Shown here: positions 1 to 9,681 of the stretch, piece after piece
Layout of the letters: every line of letters starts with the position of its first letter
Position numbering within the stretch: position 1 is the stretch's first letter
Source: Longimicrobiales bacterium
Lineage (GTDB): Bacteria > Gemmatimonadota > Gemmatimonadetes > Longimicrobiales > Gaopeijiaceae
Assembly (NCBI GenBank): GCA_965219445.1
Contig: CBDCNQ010000005.1
Span: 224,001 to 288,000, forward strand
Direction: 5' to 3'
DNA length: 64,000 nucleotides
Made by a program: the position numbers and the translations under genes
Notes under the pieces: generated by a model
The model's database searches: none
Seen by the model: the letters and a program-made list of their open reading frames with translations, nothing else
Told to the model about the DNA's origin: nothing

Positions 1-447
1 GAAAGTGCCGTCTCCAGCCGACGCAAGCTTGAGGGCACGATTTCTCCGACCCCGAACGGGAACGTTCACGATGTCTGGCCCGGCCAGTGGGACTTCAGCG
101 ACCTGTACGGGGCGGGTGGCAACATCCTCTTCGGGCGCGGGCTAGGGGACGGTCGCTCGCGGGTCTACGTCTTCGGTGGAATTCGTCGAATGTGGACCGA
201 GTTCGCTTCCGGATCGACGAATCCCGAGACCGGAACGGCCGGTGAAGACCGCGAGCGCCTCGCAAGATGGCCGTGGGCGATCGGCGCGGGTACGACGTTG
301 CACCTGAAGTGGCCGCTGGACTTCCGGGTCCGCTACTCGCGCTCTCTCACCGACTGGATAGTCGTCGATGAGGGGGCACGGCTCGACTACAGGTACGCGG
401 CGGACGGCGTTGTGTTTTTCTCTCTAGGGGTCCACGTCTTCGACTGA
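1..447 (+). CDS. C-terminal part of a probable outer-membrane beta-barrel protein (runs off the left edge)
   Basis: Frame open from base 1 to TGA at 447; alternating hydrophobic strands ending FFSLGVHVFD. Confidence 0.5.
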   Translation, partial: ESAVSSRRKLEGTISPTPNGNVHDVWPGQWDFSDLYGAGGNILFGRGLGDGRSRVYVFGGIRRMWTEFASGSTNPETGTAGEDRERLARWPWAIGAGTTLHLKWPLDFRVRYSRSLTDWIVVDEGARLDYRYAADGVVFFSLGVHVFD

Positions 448-469
448 CCACCCCGCCCCGATCCTGGAT

Positions 470-567
470 AGGCACACCTCTAGTGGGCATGGAGCCCGAG
501 CATCCGACCCGTCCGGCTCATCCACCCAAGCGGCCCGCCGCGAGACCGCCCAGATCGGGCAGACCAT
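470..567 (-). pseudogene. Degenerate remnant resembling the 5' end of the ICE orphan gene at 15162-16097
   Basis: Frameshifted DLGG..PLGWMSR..LH versus MIAHLAGR..EPFGWTGR..CLHSGVF; weak by-eye alignment. Confidence 0.3.
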
Positions 568-597
568 CCGTCAGGCGGGTGATCCACGGGTTCGCGA

Positions 598-918
598 CAT
601 GGCGCTCGAACCGGCTCCCGGAGGGTGGTCTTGAAGGCCGATCGGCGAGGGTCGGTGCTGATCGGCACGTGCACATCAGACAACGGGGTGCATGTGCACC
701 GAAACGTCATTTTCATGTGCGCGCCAGCGCTCCCTTATGTGGCTGGCTGTCTTACAGTTGTACCACGGCCGCCGGAGCGGCGATGCCGATCCGGAGCTTG
801 CGGCCGTGGACGGGAGCGACCCCCCCTTTGGGGATGCCTCGATCGGCATCGGGGAGGGTTGGCATGTGCACGCCCATGCCACCCTCCGCCGGGGGGTCGC
901 TCCCAGCCATGGATCCCT
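598..918 (+). repeat. Structured element, copy A (candidate oriT, ssDNA origin or ncRNA)
   Basis: Homologous to 24514-24843 over ~320 bp and to 14870-15040 (reverse); stems 763-772/800-809, 812-825/891-904, 833-838/845-850, 853-866/875-887. Confidence 0.85.
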
Positions 919-938
919 ACGGACTGCCTAGGGCATTG

Positions 939-969
939 ACGTAACTCATTTATTATGAATGAGTTACGT
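939..969. promoter_or_regulatory. Perfect 12-bp inverted repeat with 7-bp spacer in an AT-rich patch
   Basis: ACGTAACTCATT-TATTATG-AATGAGTTACGT. Confidence 0.6.
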
Positions 970-1111
970 ATTACTCTACGGAGTTCGACCCCCCATTATG
1001 TCCACCGATTTGAACCCGATTTCCTTGGCCTCTCTTGGCCGTCAACGGACAACGGCCGCGCGTCGGCCCCGGATCGCCAGATCGCCATGCCGTAGTGGCA
1101 CGCGGGCCGGC

Positions 1112-4100
1112 TCAAGGCAGAACCGCCTGATCACAGGCCAATCTGTACACCGTATCGGACATCCAGCGCTTGAAGTCGCGGTTGTCTTGAAACTGCTTGA
1201 ACAACTCCATGTCGTCCTTCATCAGCGCTGTCATGACTCGTTGTAGAGCCTTGCCGTGCTCGATGCGCACGTTTTGCTCGTCGGAGTTCGTCCGGGCGTT
1301 CTTGAAGGCGGTGTCGTCCGCTACCCGCGACGGAATGGTCTCGGTAATGAGTCTCCTTACGCGGTCGCCGTCCTGCCAGTCGATATCGCCGAATAGGTGG
1401 TTGAAGTCCTTGAGGATGTTCGAGAGCCAGTCCAGCTCAGGATCGGGCCGGTGGCCTCCATCGCCGGTCCCGGCTGGGTCGATCTCACCGTCTTCATCCG
1501 ACATGACGATCTTCTGCACCGCCAGCCTCTCGACCCGGTAACTGTCCATGTCGATCGCGTCGAGGATCCCCTTGGAGAGGTCATCTTCCACGGGGGCCGG
1601 GAGCTTCGCGATCAGGAAGTTGAGGAAGATCGAGCGCTTCTCCCAGCCGGCGTTCGTGAACGGCAGGATGCAGGAGAGAAAGGCGTATGTCCGCACGAAC
1701 GCCTTGGCCTTGCCCTTGAAGTCCACCTGCCGGTCCTCATCCAGCTCCTGAAGATAGACGGCGACGCAGGCGTCGAGGATCGGGTCGAGCTCGTCGCGAT
1801 CGGCGTCGCCGAGGTAGCGCTGCACGAAGTCGTGCAGCTGTCCCGGCGAGTAGACCTGCGCACTGTCCAGATCCGCCTGGAGGTCGTGCAGCTTGTTGGG
1901 GTCGGTCTCGTCGGCGAGGATCGTCGTGCGGTAGTAGTCGGTGAATGCGTAACGGATCGTCTCGGCATCGTTCAGGAAATCGAGCACGAAAACATCGTGC
2001 TTCTTTGGATGCGCGCGATTAAGGCGAGACAGTGTCTGCACCGCCTTGATTCCGGAAAGCGTCTTGTCCACGTACATCGTGTGGAGCAGCGGTTCGTCGT
2101 AGCCGGTCTGGAACTTGTCCGCGCAGATCAGGAACCGGTAGGGATCTTCCCGGAATTTGGTGGCGGTCTGGCCGTCCGGGAAGCCATTCAGTGATGTCTC
2201 GGTAACCTTCGCGACGCCATATTCGCGTTCGCCGGAGAAGGCCACGATGGCGTGGTACGGGCTCTTCCGCTCCTGCAGGTAGTCGCGGATGGCGTGGAAG
2301 TACTGGATCGCACGCTGAACGCCGTTGGTGACCACCATCGCGCGCGCCTGGCCCCCGATCTTGTGCTGGGCGAGGACCTGCTCGTGGAAGTGGTCGACCA
2401 TGATCTCGGCCTTGAGTCGGAGCGCGTGCTCGTGGCTCTCGACGAAGCGGCGCAGCTTCTTCTTCGCCTTCGTGGCGTCGAACTCCGGGTCGTCCTCTAT
2501 GGTCTTGGCGAGCCGGTAGTAGCTCTTGACCGGCGTGTAGTGCGCCAGCACGTCCAGGATGAACCCCTCCTGGATTGCCTGCTTCATCGTGTAGCTGTGG
2601 AACGCGTAGTGCCGGACCGAGCCATCGGGCTGCGGGTCCGGCTGGCCGAAGATCTCGAGTGTCTTGTTCTTGGGCGTCGCCGTGAAGGCGAAATAGCTGG
2701 CGTTGGGCAGCAGCTTCCTCGACTCCATCAGGCGGTTGATCCGATCCTCGAAGGTCTCTTCCTCGACCTCTTGGCCAGTCTCGGAGAGCACCTGCGACAT
2801 GGCCGCGCTGGTGCGACCGCCCTGGCTCGAGTGGGCCTCGTCAATGATGATCGCGAAGCGCCGTCTGCGTTGCTCGCTTCCGATCTCGTCCAGGATGAAG
2901 GGGAACTTCTGGACCGTCGAGATGATGATCTTCTTGCCGGACTCCAAGAACCTGCGAAGGTCGCCCGACCGGTTCGCGTGGCCCACCGTTGCGCTGACCT
3001 GCGCGTACTGCCGGATCGTGTCACGGATCTGCCGGTCGAGGATGCGCCGATCCGTAACCACAATGATCGAATCGACGAGCGGTGCGCCATCCTTCATGAG
3101 CCCGACCAGCTGGTGGGCGAGCCAGGCGATGGAGTAGCTCTTGCCGCTGCCGGCCGAGTGCTGAATCAGGTAACGCCTGCCCACGCCGTTTCCAGCGGCA
3201 TCGGCCAGCAGCCAACGCACGGCATCGATCTGGTGGTAGCGCGGCCAGATCTGCTTACGCTTCTTTCGGCCGGTCTTCTCGTCCTTCTCCTCCACCACCT
3301 GGGCGTAGTTCTCCAAGATGTTCGTCAGGCTCTCTCGGGTCAGTACCTCGCGCCACAGGTAGTCGGTCTTAATCCCGTTCGGGTTCGGCGGATTGCCCGC
3401 GCCGTCGTTCCAACCCCGGTTGAACGGCAGAAACCAGGACTTCTTGCCGGCGAGATGTGTACAGAAGCGCACCTCGTTGTCGTCCACAGCGAAGTGGGCC
3501 ACGCAGCGGCCGAGCTCGAACAACTTCTCGCGCGGATTGCGGTCCCTCTTGTATTGCTCCTCCGCATCGCCCACCGTCTGCTTCGTGAGGCGGTTCTTGA
3601 GCTCGAAGGTGAGAACCGGCAGGCCGTTGATGAAGAGCACGATGTCGAGTGAGCGCTGGGTCTCGTCGCGGCTGTAGCGGAGCTGCCGGACGGCGGTGAA
3701 GCGGTTCTGCTCAAAGCGTTCGCGCGCCTGCGGGTTCGCGGCCGAGGGCGTGCCGTAGAGCAGTGCCACGTCGTGCGGACCGTGCCTGACGCCATGACGC
3801 AGCACGTCGATAGTGCCGCGCTTGGAGACTTCGCCCTGTAGCCGGGCGAGGAACTGGCGCTGCGTCGGACCGTCCGCGTCCAGAGCCAGCGCTTCGGCCG
3901 CCTCCGGCTGGGTGTTCTGTAGGAAGGCTGCAAGCTGAACCCGGTCGACACAGAACTCGCGGTCGTAGTCATGGGGACTGCCGCAGCTCCAGCCCACGCC
4001 GCCGTAGCCGGGATGAGCCGCGCCCGCTGTACCGTTCCTCCCTGGGTCGCACGGATCGCCAGTGAGCGCTGTGCAGATCAGCCGTTCAAGGCCACGCTCG

Positions 4101-4120
4101 GATGTATCTGTGATCGCCAT
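1112..4120 (-). CDS. hsdR: Type I restriction endonuclease subunit R
   Basis: 1002 aa; nuclease motif DIVLFINGLPVLTFELK, Walker A HSAGSGKS, DEAH box, FTATP, QTLSRLNR. Confidence 0.95.
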   Translation of the reverse strand: MAITDTSERGLERLICTALTGDPCDPGRNGTAGAAHPGYGGVGWSCGSPHDYDREFCVDRVQLAAFLQNTQPEAAEALALDADGPTQRQFLARLQGEVSKRGTIDVLRHGVRHGPHDVALLYGTPSAANPQARERFEQNRFTAVRQLRYSRDETQRSLDIVLFINGLPVLTFELKNRLTKQTVGDAEEQYKRDRNPREKLFELGRCVAHFAVDDNEVRFCTHLAGKKSWFLPFNRGWNDGAGNPPNPNGIKTDYLWREVLTRESLTNILENYAQVVEEKDEKTGRKKRKQIWPRYHQIDAVRWLLADAAGNGVGRRYLIQHSAGSGKSYSIAWLAHQLVGLMKDGAPLVDSIIVVTDRRILDRQIRDTIRQYAQVSATVGHANRSGDLRRFLESGKKIIISTVQKFPFILDEIGSEQRRRRFAIIIDEAHSSQGGRTSAAMSQVLSETGQEVEEETFEDRINRLMESRKLLPNASYFAFTATPKNKTLEIFGQPDPQPDGSVRHYAFHSYTMKQAIQEGFILDVLAHYTPVKSYYRLAKTIEDDPEFDATKAKKKLRRFVESHEHALRLKAEIMVDHFHEQVLAQHKIGGQARAMVVTNGVQRAIQYFHAIRDYLQERKSPYHAIVAFSGEREYGVAKVTETSLNGFPDGQTATKFREDPYRFLICADKFQTGYDEPLLHTMYVDKTLSGIKAVQTLSRLNRAHPKKHDVFVLDFLNDAETIRYAFTDYYRTTILADETDPNKLHDLQADLDSAQVYSPGQLHDFVQRYLGDADRDELDPILDACVAVYLQELDEDRQVDFKGKAKAFVRTYAFLSCILPFTNAGWEKRSIFLNFLIAKLPAPVEDDLSKGILDAIDMDSYRVERLAVQKIVMSDEDGEIDPAGTGDGGHRPDPELDWLSNILKDFNHLFGDIDWQDGDRVRRLITETIPSRVADDTAFKNARTNSDEQNVRIEHGKALQRVMTALMKDDMELFKQFQDNRDFKRWMSDTVYRLACDQAVLP

Positions 4121-4132
4121 AGACGCTCGCCG

Positions 4133-4450
4133 TCAGATCGGCACCTCCGTGTACTCTCCTGGTTCCATCCGATCGACAGCGGCCCGAATGTCGGCAACAC
4201 GGCGTTGGATGCGCGGCCATGACGCGGCCAGCAATACCACAATCGCTAGCCGTCTCCCAGATAGGTTCTGTTGATGACGGAGATGCTGGTCCGTCGTTAC
4301 CAGCAGCTGGTACCCATCCTTCTCCGCCCGGTCGAGCAACGCACCGTTGTCCAGGCCCGACCAGCCGCGTCCGAAAACAGTATCCACGTCATGTCCGGCC
4401 AGATCCCTGCCCAGCGGCACCGGTACCCCTTGATCGAACAGTATTCTCAA
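4133..4450 (-). CDS. DUF5615/VapC45-like PIN-domain toxin
   Basis: MRILFDQGVP...LVTTDQHL PIN motifs; overlaps the DUF433 gene. Confidence 0.85.
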   Translation of the reverse strand: MRILFDQGVPVPLGRDLAGHDVDTVFGRGWSGLDNGALLDRAEKDGYQLLVTTDQHLRHQQNLSGRRLAIVVLLAASWPRIQRRVADIRAAVDRMEPGEYTEVPI

Positions 4451-4671
4451 GGCACCGAGTCCTTAAGATCCCGGGTCTCGTGGTCGAGAACGCTCTCGAC
4501 CTGCCGACGCTCCACGCCGGGAAACCAGCTTAGGAACTGGTCGACCGTGGCACCGTCCCTGAGGTTCTCAAACAATGAGGCTACGGGTACTCGCGTGCCC
4601 TCAAACACCCAGGCTCCGCTGACCTTCGCCGGGTCCTGCTCAACAGCAGGACAAGTCTTCCAGACGCTCAT
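4447..4671 (-). CDS. DUF433 antitoxin
   Basis: DPAKVSGAWVFEGTRVPVASLFENL...FPGV signature. Confidence 0.9.
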   Translation of the reverse strand: MSVWKTCPAVEQDPAKVSGAWVFEGTRVPVASLFENLRDGATVDQFLSWFPGVERRQVESVLDHETRDLKDSVP

Positions 4672-6119
4672 ATGATCACCTCCGTTCTGGACTCCAGGTC
4701 CTCAAGAGCCGAATCCACTTCAGGATCTTCCGGATCGTCCACGTCGTCTCCTGCCAACGGATCCACCTTCGGCAGGCCGGCCGCCGCACCGCGCACATCG
4801 AGCTTGCCGGTGACGACGTCGGCGATCAGGCGAGCGCGGTATTCGCGGAATAGTTCGATCTGGTCGTAGGCGCGGTCGATGGCAGAGTCAGCGTTTGCGG
4901 TCGCCTTGTCGAGATACCGCACGATGGCGGTTTGCTCTCCAGAGGGGGGCCAACCCAGCGAGATATTGCCGACGGTGTCTGTGTTGAGATTGAGCTGGGT
5001 TCCAAGCTTTCCAAGCCGAGCGAAGGGAGTGCCCGCCGCGAAGACCCGACAGAGAAACTCGACGTCGCCGATGAACCTTGGGAAGTAGACGAACCCGTCG
5101 TGGATACAGCACCTGATGCGGGTGATCATCGGTTTCCCCACCGATCCAGCGATGCTCAGGAACAGTGCGCCTGGTTCGAGCGGCACGCTCAGCGACTGCC
5201 CGAGGACGGAGAGCCGCTGTGTGGTTCGCTCAAGATAGCGACTGCTGGCTGTTACGTCGGCGATGCGCACCCACGCGTACTGGCCATCGTCATCAAAGTA
5301 CTTCGGATCGGCAATGGGCCTGGGTGATGCACCGCGTTTAACCAGAGACAAGCTCTTCACCCGCCGTATTTCCCAATGCTCCGGCACCTGTCCCAGCCAT
5401 TCGACACTGGAGTCCTTGTAGGCTGGGTAAGGCTGGCCAGTGCGGACATCGACCTGGCCCGTGACGGCCTGGTGGATGATGGTTTGCTTATACTCCTCTA
5501 GAAGCGCGATCAGCTTCTCTTTAGTTCGGATGTAGTGCCGGATCCGTCGGTCACAGTAGTCGAGGAAGCGAACGATGGCGGTTTGTTCGGGAAAGGGCGG
5601 AAGCGCCAAGCTCAAACGCTTGAGTTGGTGGCCGTAGACGTGCATTACGGTAATCCCCCGGCCCATGGTCGCCTTTTGAATTCTTGACGGAAGGCAATCG
5701 GTCGCATATCCAATGTATCTAGCATCGACCTCCCGACTTGGCCGAAATATGATGACGTCTCCTCCGCAGCAGGCTTCGGACGGTATCAGATTGGCTGCAG
5801 ATTTGCCTATTTCGTCAATCGTCTCACCTGACGCGGCGAACAGCACATCACCAAATCTGATTGAAGTATAGTCCTTGACTTTTTCTTTCGAAACAAAGGA
5901 TCTAGCCTGCAGAACAACAAACTCGTGTGTCGTGTATAGGTCTCCGTAACGTACGCACGGAATTCCAGATGATGCTTCGTCATCTTTGGTGCCACCATTA
6001 CCCTTGAGGAATTTTCCGAATCGGCCTAGACGTGTTACTTCCCAGTGCGCCGGCACCTGCCCAAGCCACTCGACATCGGATCGCTTCATCTCCGAATAGG
6101 AACTGAGATTCGTAATCAC
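4668..6119 (-). CDS. hsdS: Type I R-M specificity subunit S
   Basis: Two TRDs, repeated VEWLGQVPxHWE and PP..EQTAIVR.LD conserved regions. Confidence 0.93.
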   Translation of the reverse strand: MITNLSSYSEMKRSDVEWLGQVPAHWEVTRLGRFGKFLKGNGGTKDDEASSGIPCVRYGDLYTTHEFVVLQARSFVSKEKVKDYTSIRFGDVLFAASGETIDEIGKSAANLIPSEACCGGDVIIFRPSREVDARYIGYATDCLPSRIQKATMGRGITVMHVYGHQLKRLSLALPPFPEQTAIVRFLDYCDRRIRHYIRTKEKLIALLEEYKQTIIHQAVTGQVDVRTGQPYPAYKDSSVEWLGQVPEHWEIRRVKSLSLVKRGASPRPIADPKYFDDDGQYAWVRIADVTASSRYLERTTQRLSVLGQSLSVPLEPGALFLSIAGSVGKPMITRIRCCIHDGFVYFPRFIGDVEFLCRVFAAGTPFARLGKLGTQLNLNTDTVGNISLGWPPSGEQTAIVRYLDKATANADSAIDRAYDQIELFREYRARLIADVVTGKLDVRGAAAGLPKVDPLAGDDVDDPEDPEVDSALEDLESRTEVII

Positions 6120-6922
6120 TGATACTTGCTCGGTGCCGTGGATACGCAGTCGTCGAGCTTCCGATGGAGTAATGAGACAAGAGACAGATAGTCTGCAGCA
6201 TCATCTTCGCCTTCCCAGAGAATCTTAGGCTCATGGGCCAATGGATTGCGAACCGCTCCAAAGCAACCCCTTAGCAATGCTGCAAATCCCTTATGTTCAG
6301 ATTTCTCCGTTTCGGTCTGCAGCGTGTTAATTGCGAGCATAGGTTTGCTGATGGAGAAGACACGATCAATTAAGGCTGCTCCGTCCGCTTCGATGCCGAC
6401 CATTTCGCGGATCCTCTGAGCCAATCCCTTGGTGGCCTCGAAGACTGCGTGAAAATAATTTTCCTGCATCAGCTCGGTTCGACAGTACTTGAGTACTTCG
6501 GGGTGTAAGCGCCGACCTTGAAATTTCCCTCGGATCGTCTGGTATCGTCGCTCCGCTTCATCGAGCGTCCGTGCGGCCTGTCGTGGTCTGAAGTTGCCGT
6601 CTTCACCAAACTCCAATCCCGAGAATGCGAGAACCGTATTCACTTCGCTCCGATGTTTCTCAAACGCCTCTTTATTTCCGGTGAAACGCGCAGGAGTTAG
6701 AAATGCCTTAATGAAATCTAGCACCCGATTGGCACACTTGTCTCGTTGCTGCACATCGAGGAATATCCAATAAAGTCGACGCCATTTGGTGGATTCTCCC
6801 GAGCCATCGGTCAGTGCCCTGTCCTGCAGCACGCGCGTGATATCGGTGCCCGTTCCGCACTCGCCCAGTACTCTAGCCAACCCTTCAATCTGACCTTCTG
6901 TGAAGCAGGCAACTTTGCTCAT
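6116..6922 (-). CDS. TIGR02391-family protein (putative defence-associated)
   Basis: LHPEVLKYC..ENYFHAVFEATK..DGAALID..GFAALLRGCFGAVRNPLAH; lower GC; overlaps both neighbours. Confidence 0.8.
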   Translation of the reverse strand: MSKVACFTEGQIEGLARVLGECGTGTDITRVLQDRALTDGSGESTKWRRLYWIFLDVQQRDKCANRVLDFIKAFLTPARFTGNKEAFEKHRSEVNTVLAFSGLEFGEDGNFRPRQAARTLDEAERRYQTIRGKFQGRRLHPEVLKYCRTELMQENYFHAVFEATKGLAQRIREMVGIEADGAALIDRVFSISKPMLAINTLQTETEKSEHKGFAALLRGCFGAVRNPLAHEPKILWEGEDDAADYLSLVSLLHRKLDDCVSTAPSKYQ

Positions 6923-7700
6923 GAGGAGTTCCAATCAATGATCTCGCCCAAGAGGCCCTCGGTATCCCGCTCCAAGGCAAGGATGTCACCCCGGATCTCC
7001 CCCAGCGTCCGGATCGGGTTCGGCTTGTAGAAGTGGCGGGTGAAGCTGATCTCGTACCCGATCTTGACGCTGGCGGCCTGGTACCATGCGTCCGCGGCAT
7101 AGGGCAGCACCTCGCGACGCAGGAACGCCTCGATGCCTCCCTCGTCCTGTAGCGGGATCTGCTCGGTGTCGCGTAGCATGGTGTCCGGCTCGTACTCGAC
7201 GACGGCAGGGCTGCCGTTCAGGGGTGCCGCGAACAGGCCGCGCAGCGGATCAGGTTCCATACCCCGTTTGTGGACCCTCTTGATGACCGGCGGTGCAGTC
7301 TCGCTCCTCTTGCCGTTCTCCTTGAGTTTCTTGATCTGGGCAGCCTTGTAGAGTCGGTTCGGATCGACGCCCTCGATGCGGAGTGGACGCTCTACCGTCA
7401 CCTTCCAATAGCCGAAAGCGGTGTTGTCGAAGATCTTGCTATGCTCGGTTTCCTCGAAGGCGAGGAACGTGTCGCAGATGCGGACAATGTCCTCTTCGCC
7501 GAGTTCGCAGTTCTTCTTGCCCAAGTTCTTGCGGAGTGGCTGGTACCACGCGGTGGCGTCAATCAGCTGCACTTTGGCCCTGCGGTGCTCGGGCTTGCGG
7601 TTGGTCAGCACCCAGATGTAGGTCGCGATCCCGGTGTTGTAGAACATGTTGAGCGGAAGCGCGACAATCGCCTCCAGCCAGTCGTTCTCGATGATCCAGC
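6919..7700 (-). pseudogene. hsdM: Type I R-M methyltransferase, C-terminal fragment; N-terminus displaced by the ICE
   Basis: WIIENDWLEAIVALPLNMFYNTGIATYIW...IGYEISFTRHFY; similarity stops abruptly at ~7700. Confidence 0.9.
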
Positions 7701-7789
7701 ATCCGCTTTCGGATTCGGATCTGTTGTGATCATTGAACTTACGAGATTTACCGGTCGGATTCCCGCTGTTTGATTCCCGCCAATTGGGC

Positions 7790-8953
7790 TCAGGTCCGAA
7801 CTCTCCGGCGGTTTGCGAGCGCCGCCCTGAGTTGTCCCTCGTCCGCCCGCTGATAACACTGGAGGACGGTCTTGGCCGTCTTCCATCCGCCGAGTTCGCA
7901 GAGGACCTTGAGGGGCTGGTCCATGAGATCGGACGCGAACTTGCGCCTCAGCGAGTGCCAGCCCCGTCCGCGTTTCGGCTCCAGACCTGCGAGCCCTTCG
8001 GCCCTCTTCCACCAACCGCGGGAGATCCAGGAGCCGACACTCACCGAGGGGTCCCTCGACGAGGGCAACACCGGAGCGCTGCCGGTCACGGGGTTCCGCC
8101 CCCGCGCCGACTCCAAGGCTGCGATTGCTTCAGCGGTCACCGGCGTTCGGTGCTCGTAGCCGGTCTTCTCGTGCTCGCTGCGCCACCGGATGGTTTCGCG
8201 TGCCAAGTCGATGTCGGACCACCGGAGCTTGCGGATGGCTCCGATGCGGTGTCCGGTCTCGTGCGCGAGCACGAGCGCGAGATGGAACCGCCAATCCACC
8301 TCTTGGGACACCTTCAGAAGCGCTTGGTACTCGTGTTCGGAAAGAACGACCCGGGTGGGGTTCTTCTCCATGGGCATCTTCAGGCCCCTGAGCGGGTTCG
8401 ACTCGAGGAGCAGGCGGCCCCGCTCGTCCCTCGACCTCGAGGCCCAGTTGAGGACCGAGATCAGGTACCTCAGGTCGTATTCGATCATCCGATCCGACAC
8501 GGGCCTCCCGCTGGGGCCTACGCTTCCCGCCCTGCGCGCCCGGATGAACCGGTCCCAGTCGCGCTGCGACAAGGTCGCCGGGTCGCGGCTCCTTCCCAGG
8601 AACCCGAGGAACATCTTCGCCGCGGTCCGGTCGTGCTGCCGCGAACTCAGGCCCTTGGTGGGCGTCACCTCTTCACCGTAGATGTCAAAAAGCGTTCCCA
8701 GGGTGAGCGGCTCGGGCTCGGCGTTCTTCTTGCCGTTCAGCTCCGGTCCGGCGAACCCGGCGGCGAACTCGTCCGCCTGCCTCCTCGCCTGCCTCCAGTC
8801 GCGGTGCTTCAGCGACCTGGTGAGCCTGCGCCCGTTGTCGCGCCACTCGATCTGGTACAAGCCGGTCTTGGGATCGGGGAACACCCTCACCCGGTTCCGG
8901 CCCCATTCGCCGGCGCTGTAGCCGCGCCGGACTCGTTTCGTGCGTGCCATCAT
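7790..8953 (-). CDS. Tyrosine recombinase/integrase
   Basis: ETGHRIGAI, HSLRRKFAS, LGGWK..VLQCY catalytic motifs; ATGA overlap with the upstream gene. Confidence 0.9.
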   Translation of the reverse strand: MMARTKRVRRGYSAGEWGRNRVRVFPDPKTGLYQIEWRDNGRRLTRSLKHRDWRQARRQADEFAAGFAGPELNGKKNAEPEPLTLGTLFDIYGEEVTPTKGLSSRQHDRTAAKMFLGFLGRSRDPATLSQRDWDRFIRARRAGSVGPSGRPVSDRMIEYDLRYLISVLNWASRSRDERGRLLLESNPLRGLKMPMEKNPTRVVLSEHEYQALLKVSQEVDWRFHLALVLAHETGHRIGAIRKLRWSDIDLARETIRWRSEHEKTGYEHRTPVTAEAIAALESARGRNPVTGSAPVLPSSRDPSVSVGSWISRGWWKRAEGLAGLEPKRGRGWHSLRRKFASDLMDQPLKVLCELGGWKTAKTVLQCYQRADEGQLRAALANRRRVRT

Positions 8954-9339
8954 TCGATTCCTTTTTCGATGATGGACTGCACGATCTGCGCGTTTGAAAC
9001 GTCGCGTCGGCGGGGCTTCTCCGCCAGTCGCGGCTCCGTTGGCGCGTGAGCCTTCCGTGGCAGGTGCCCGCGGGCGATCCTCGGTGCGCCGGGGCGTCCG
9101 GCGTTGGGGATCCGGCCGTCGCGGACCAGGCGGCCGAGATGGTCGGCGGAGTAGCCGCTCTCCGTGGCCGCCTCGACGAGCGAGAAGGTGGTCTCGTCCC
9201 TTTCGACGAGCGTGGCTTCGAGTTCGGCGGCGCAGCTTTCGAGCGCGGTGGCCGGAGTCTCGCCCCCGTAGCGCCGGAGCGCCTTGGCGTGCCTGCGCCA
9301 GTTGGCGGGCAGTGTCTCGACGGAGGTTCGCTCTCTCAT
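8950..9339 (-). CDS. Excisionase-like HTH DNA-binding protein
   Basis: FSLVEAATESGYSADHLGRLVRDGRIP winged-helix pattern; coupled to int. Confidence 0.6.
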   Translation of the reverse strand: MRERTSVETLPANWRRHAKALRRYGGETPATALESCAAELEATLVERDETTFSLVEAATESGYSADHLGRLVRDGRIPNAGRPGAPRIARGHLPRKAHAPTEPRLAEKPRRRDVSNAQIVQSIIEKGIE

Positions 9340-9345
9340 GCGCGT

Positions 9346-9660
9346 TCACTCCCAGTCGCCTTCGGCGTTCCTGCGGAGCGCTTCGGTGAGGCCCGTATCC
9401 CCCTCGCCGCGCCGGACGGACCGTTCGGCGAGATCGACGCGCCGCCCGAGGTCGGCGAGCCCGGTGGCGCGGGCGACGGCGTAGATGGCGGCCGCGACGG
9501 TTGCGAGCGCGAACGCGAGGTGAAGGGAGAGCAGGACGCCGTAATCGGCGAGGATGGCCGGCCAGAACGGCGACAGGTATTCGAGGCGCGGCCCGGCGAG
9601 GATCATGGCCGAACCGGCGATTGCGGCGGTAAGTCCCGCGCTGATCTTCCAGGGTTGCAT
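9346..9660 (-). CDS. Small membrane protein
   Basis: 104 aa with two hydrophobic segments; fills the operon gap. Confidence 0.55.
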   Translation of the reverse strand: MQPWKISAGLTAAIAGSAMILAGPRLEYLSPFWPAILADYGVLLSLHLAFALATVAAAIYAVARATGLADLGRRVDLAERSVRRGEGDTGLTEALRRNAEGDWE

Positions 9661-9681
9661 GGGCTGAAGTCCTCCGGGTCG

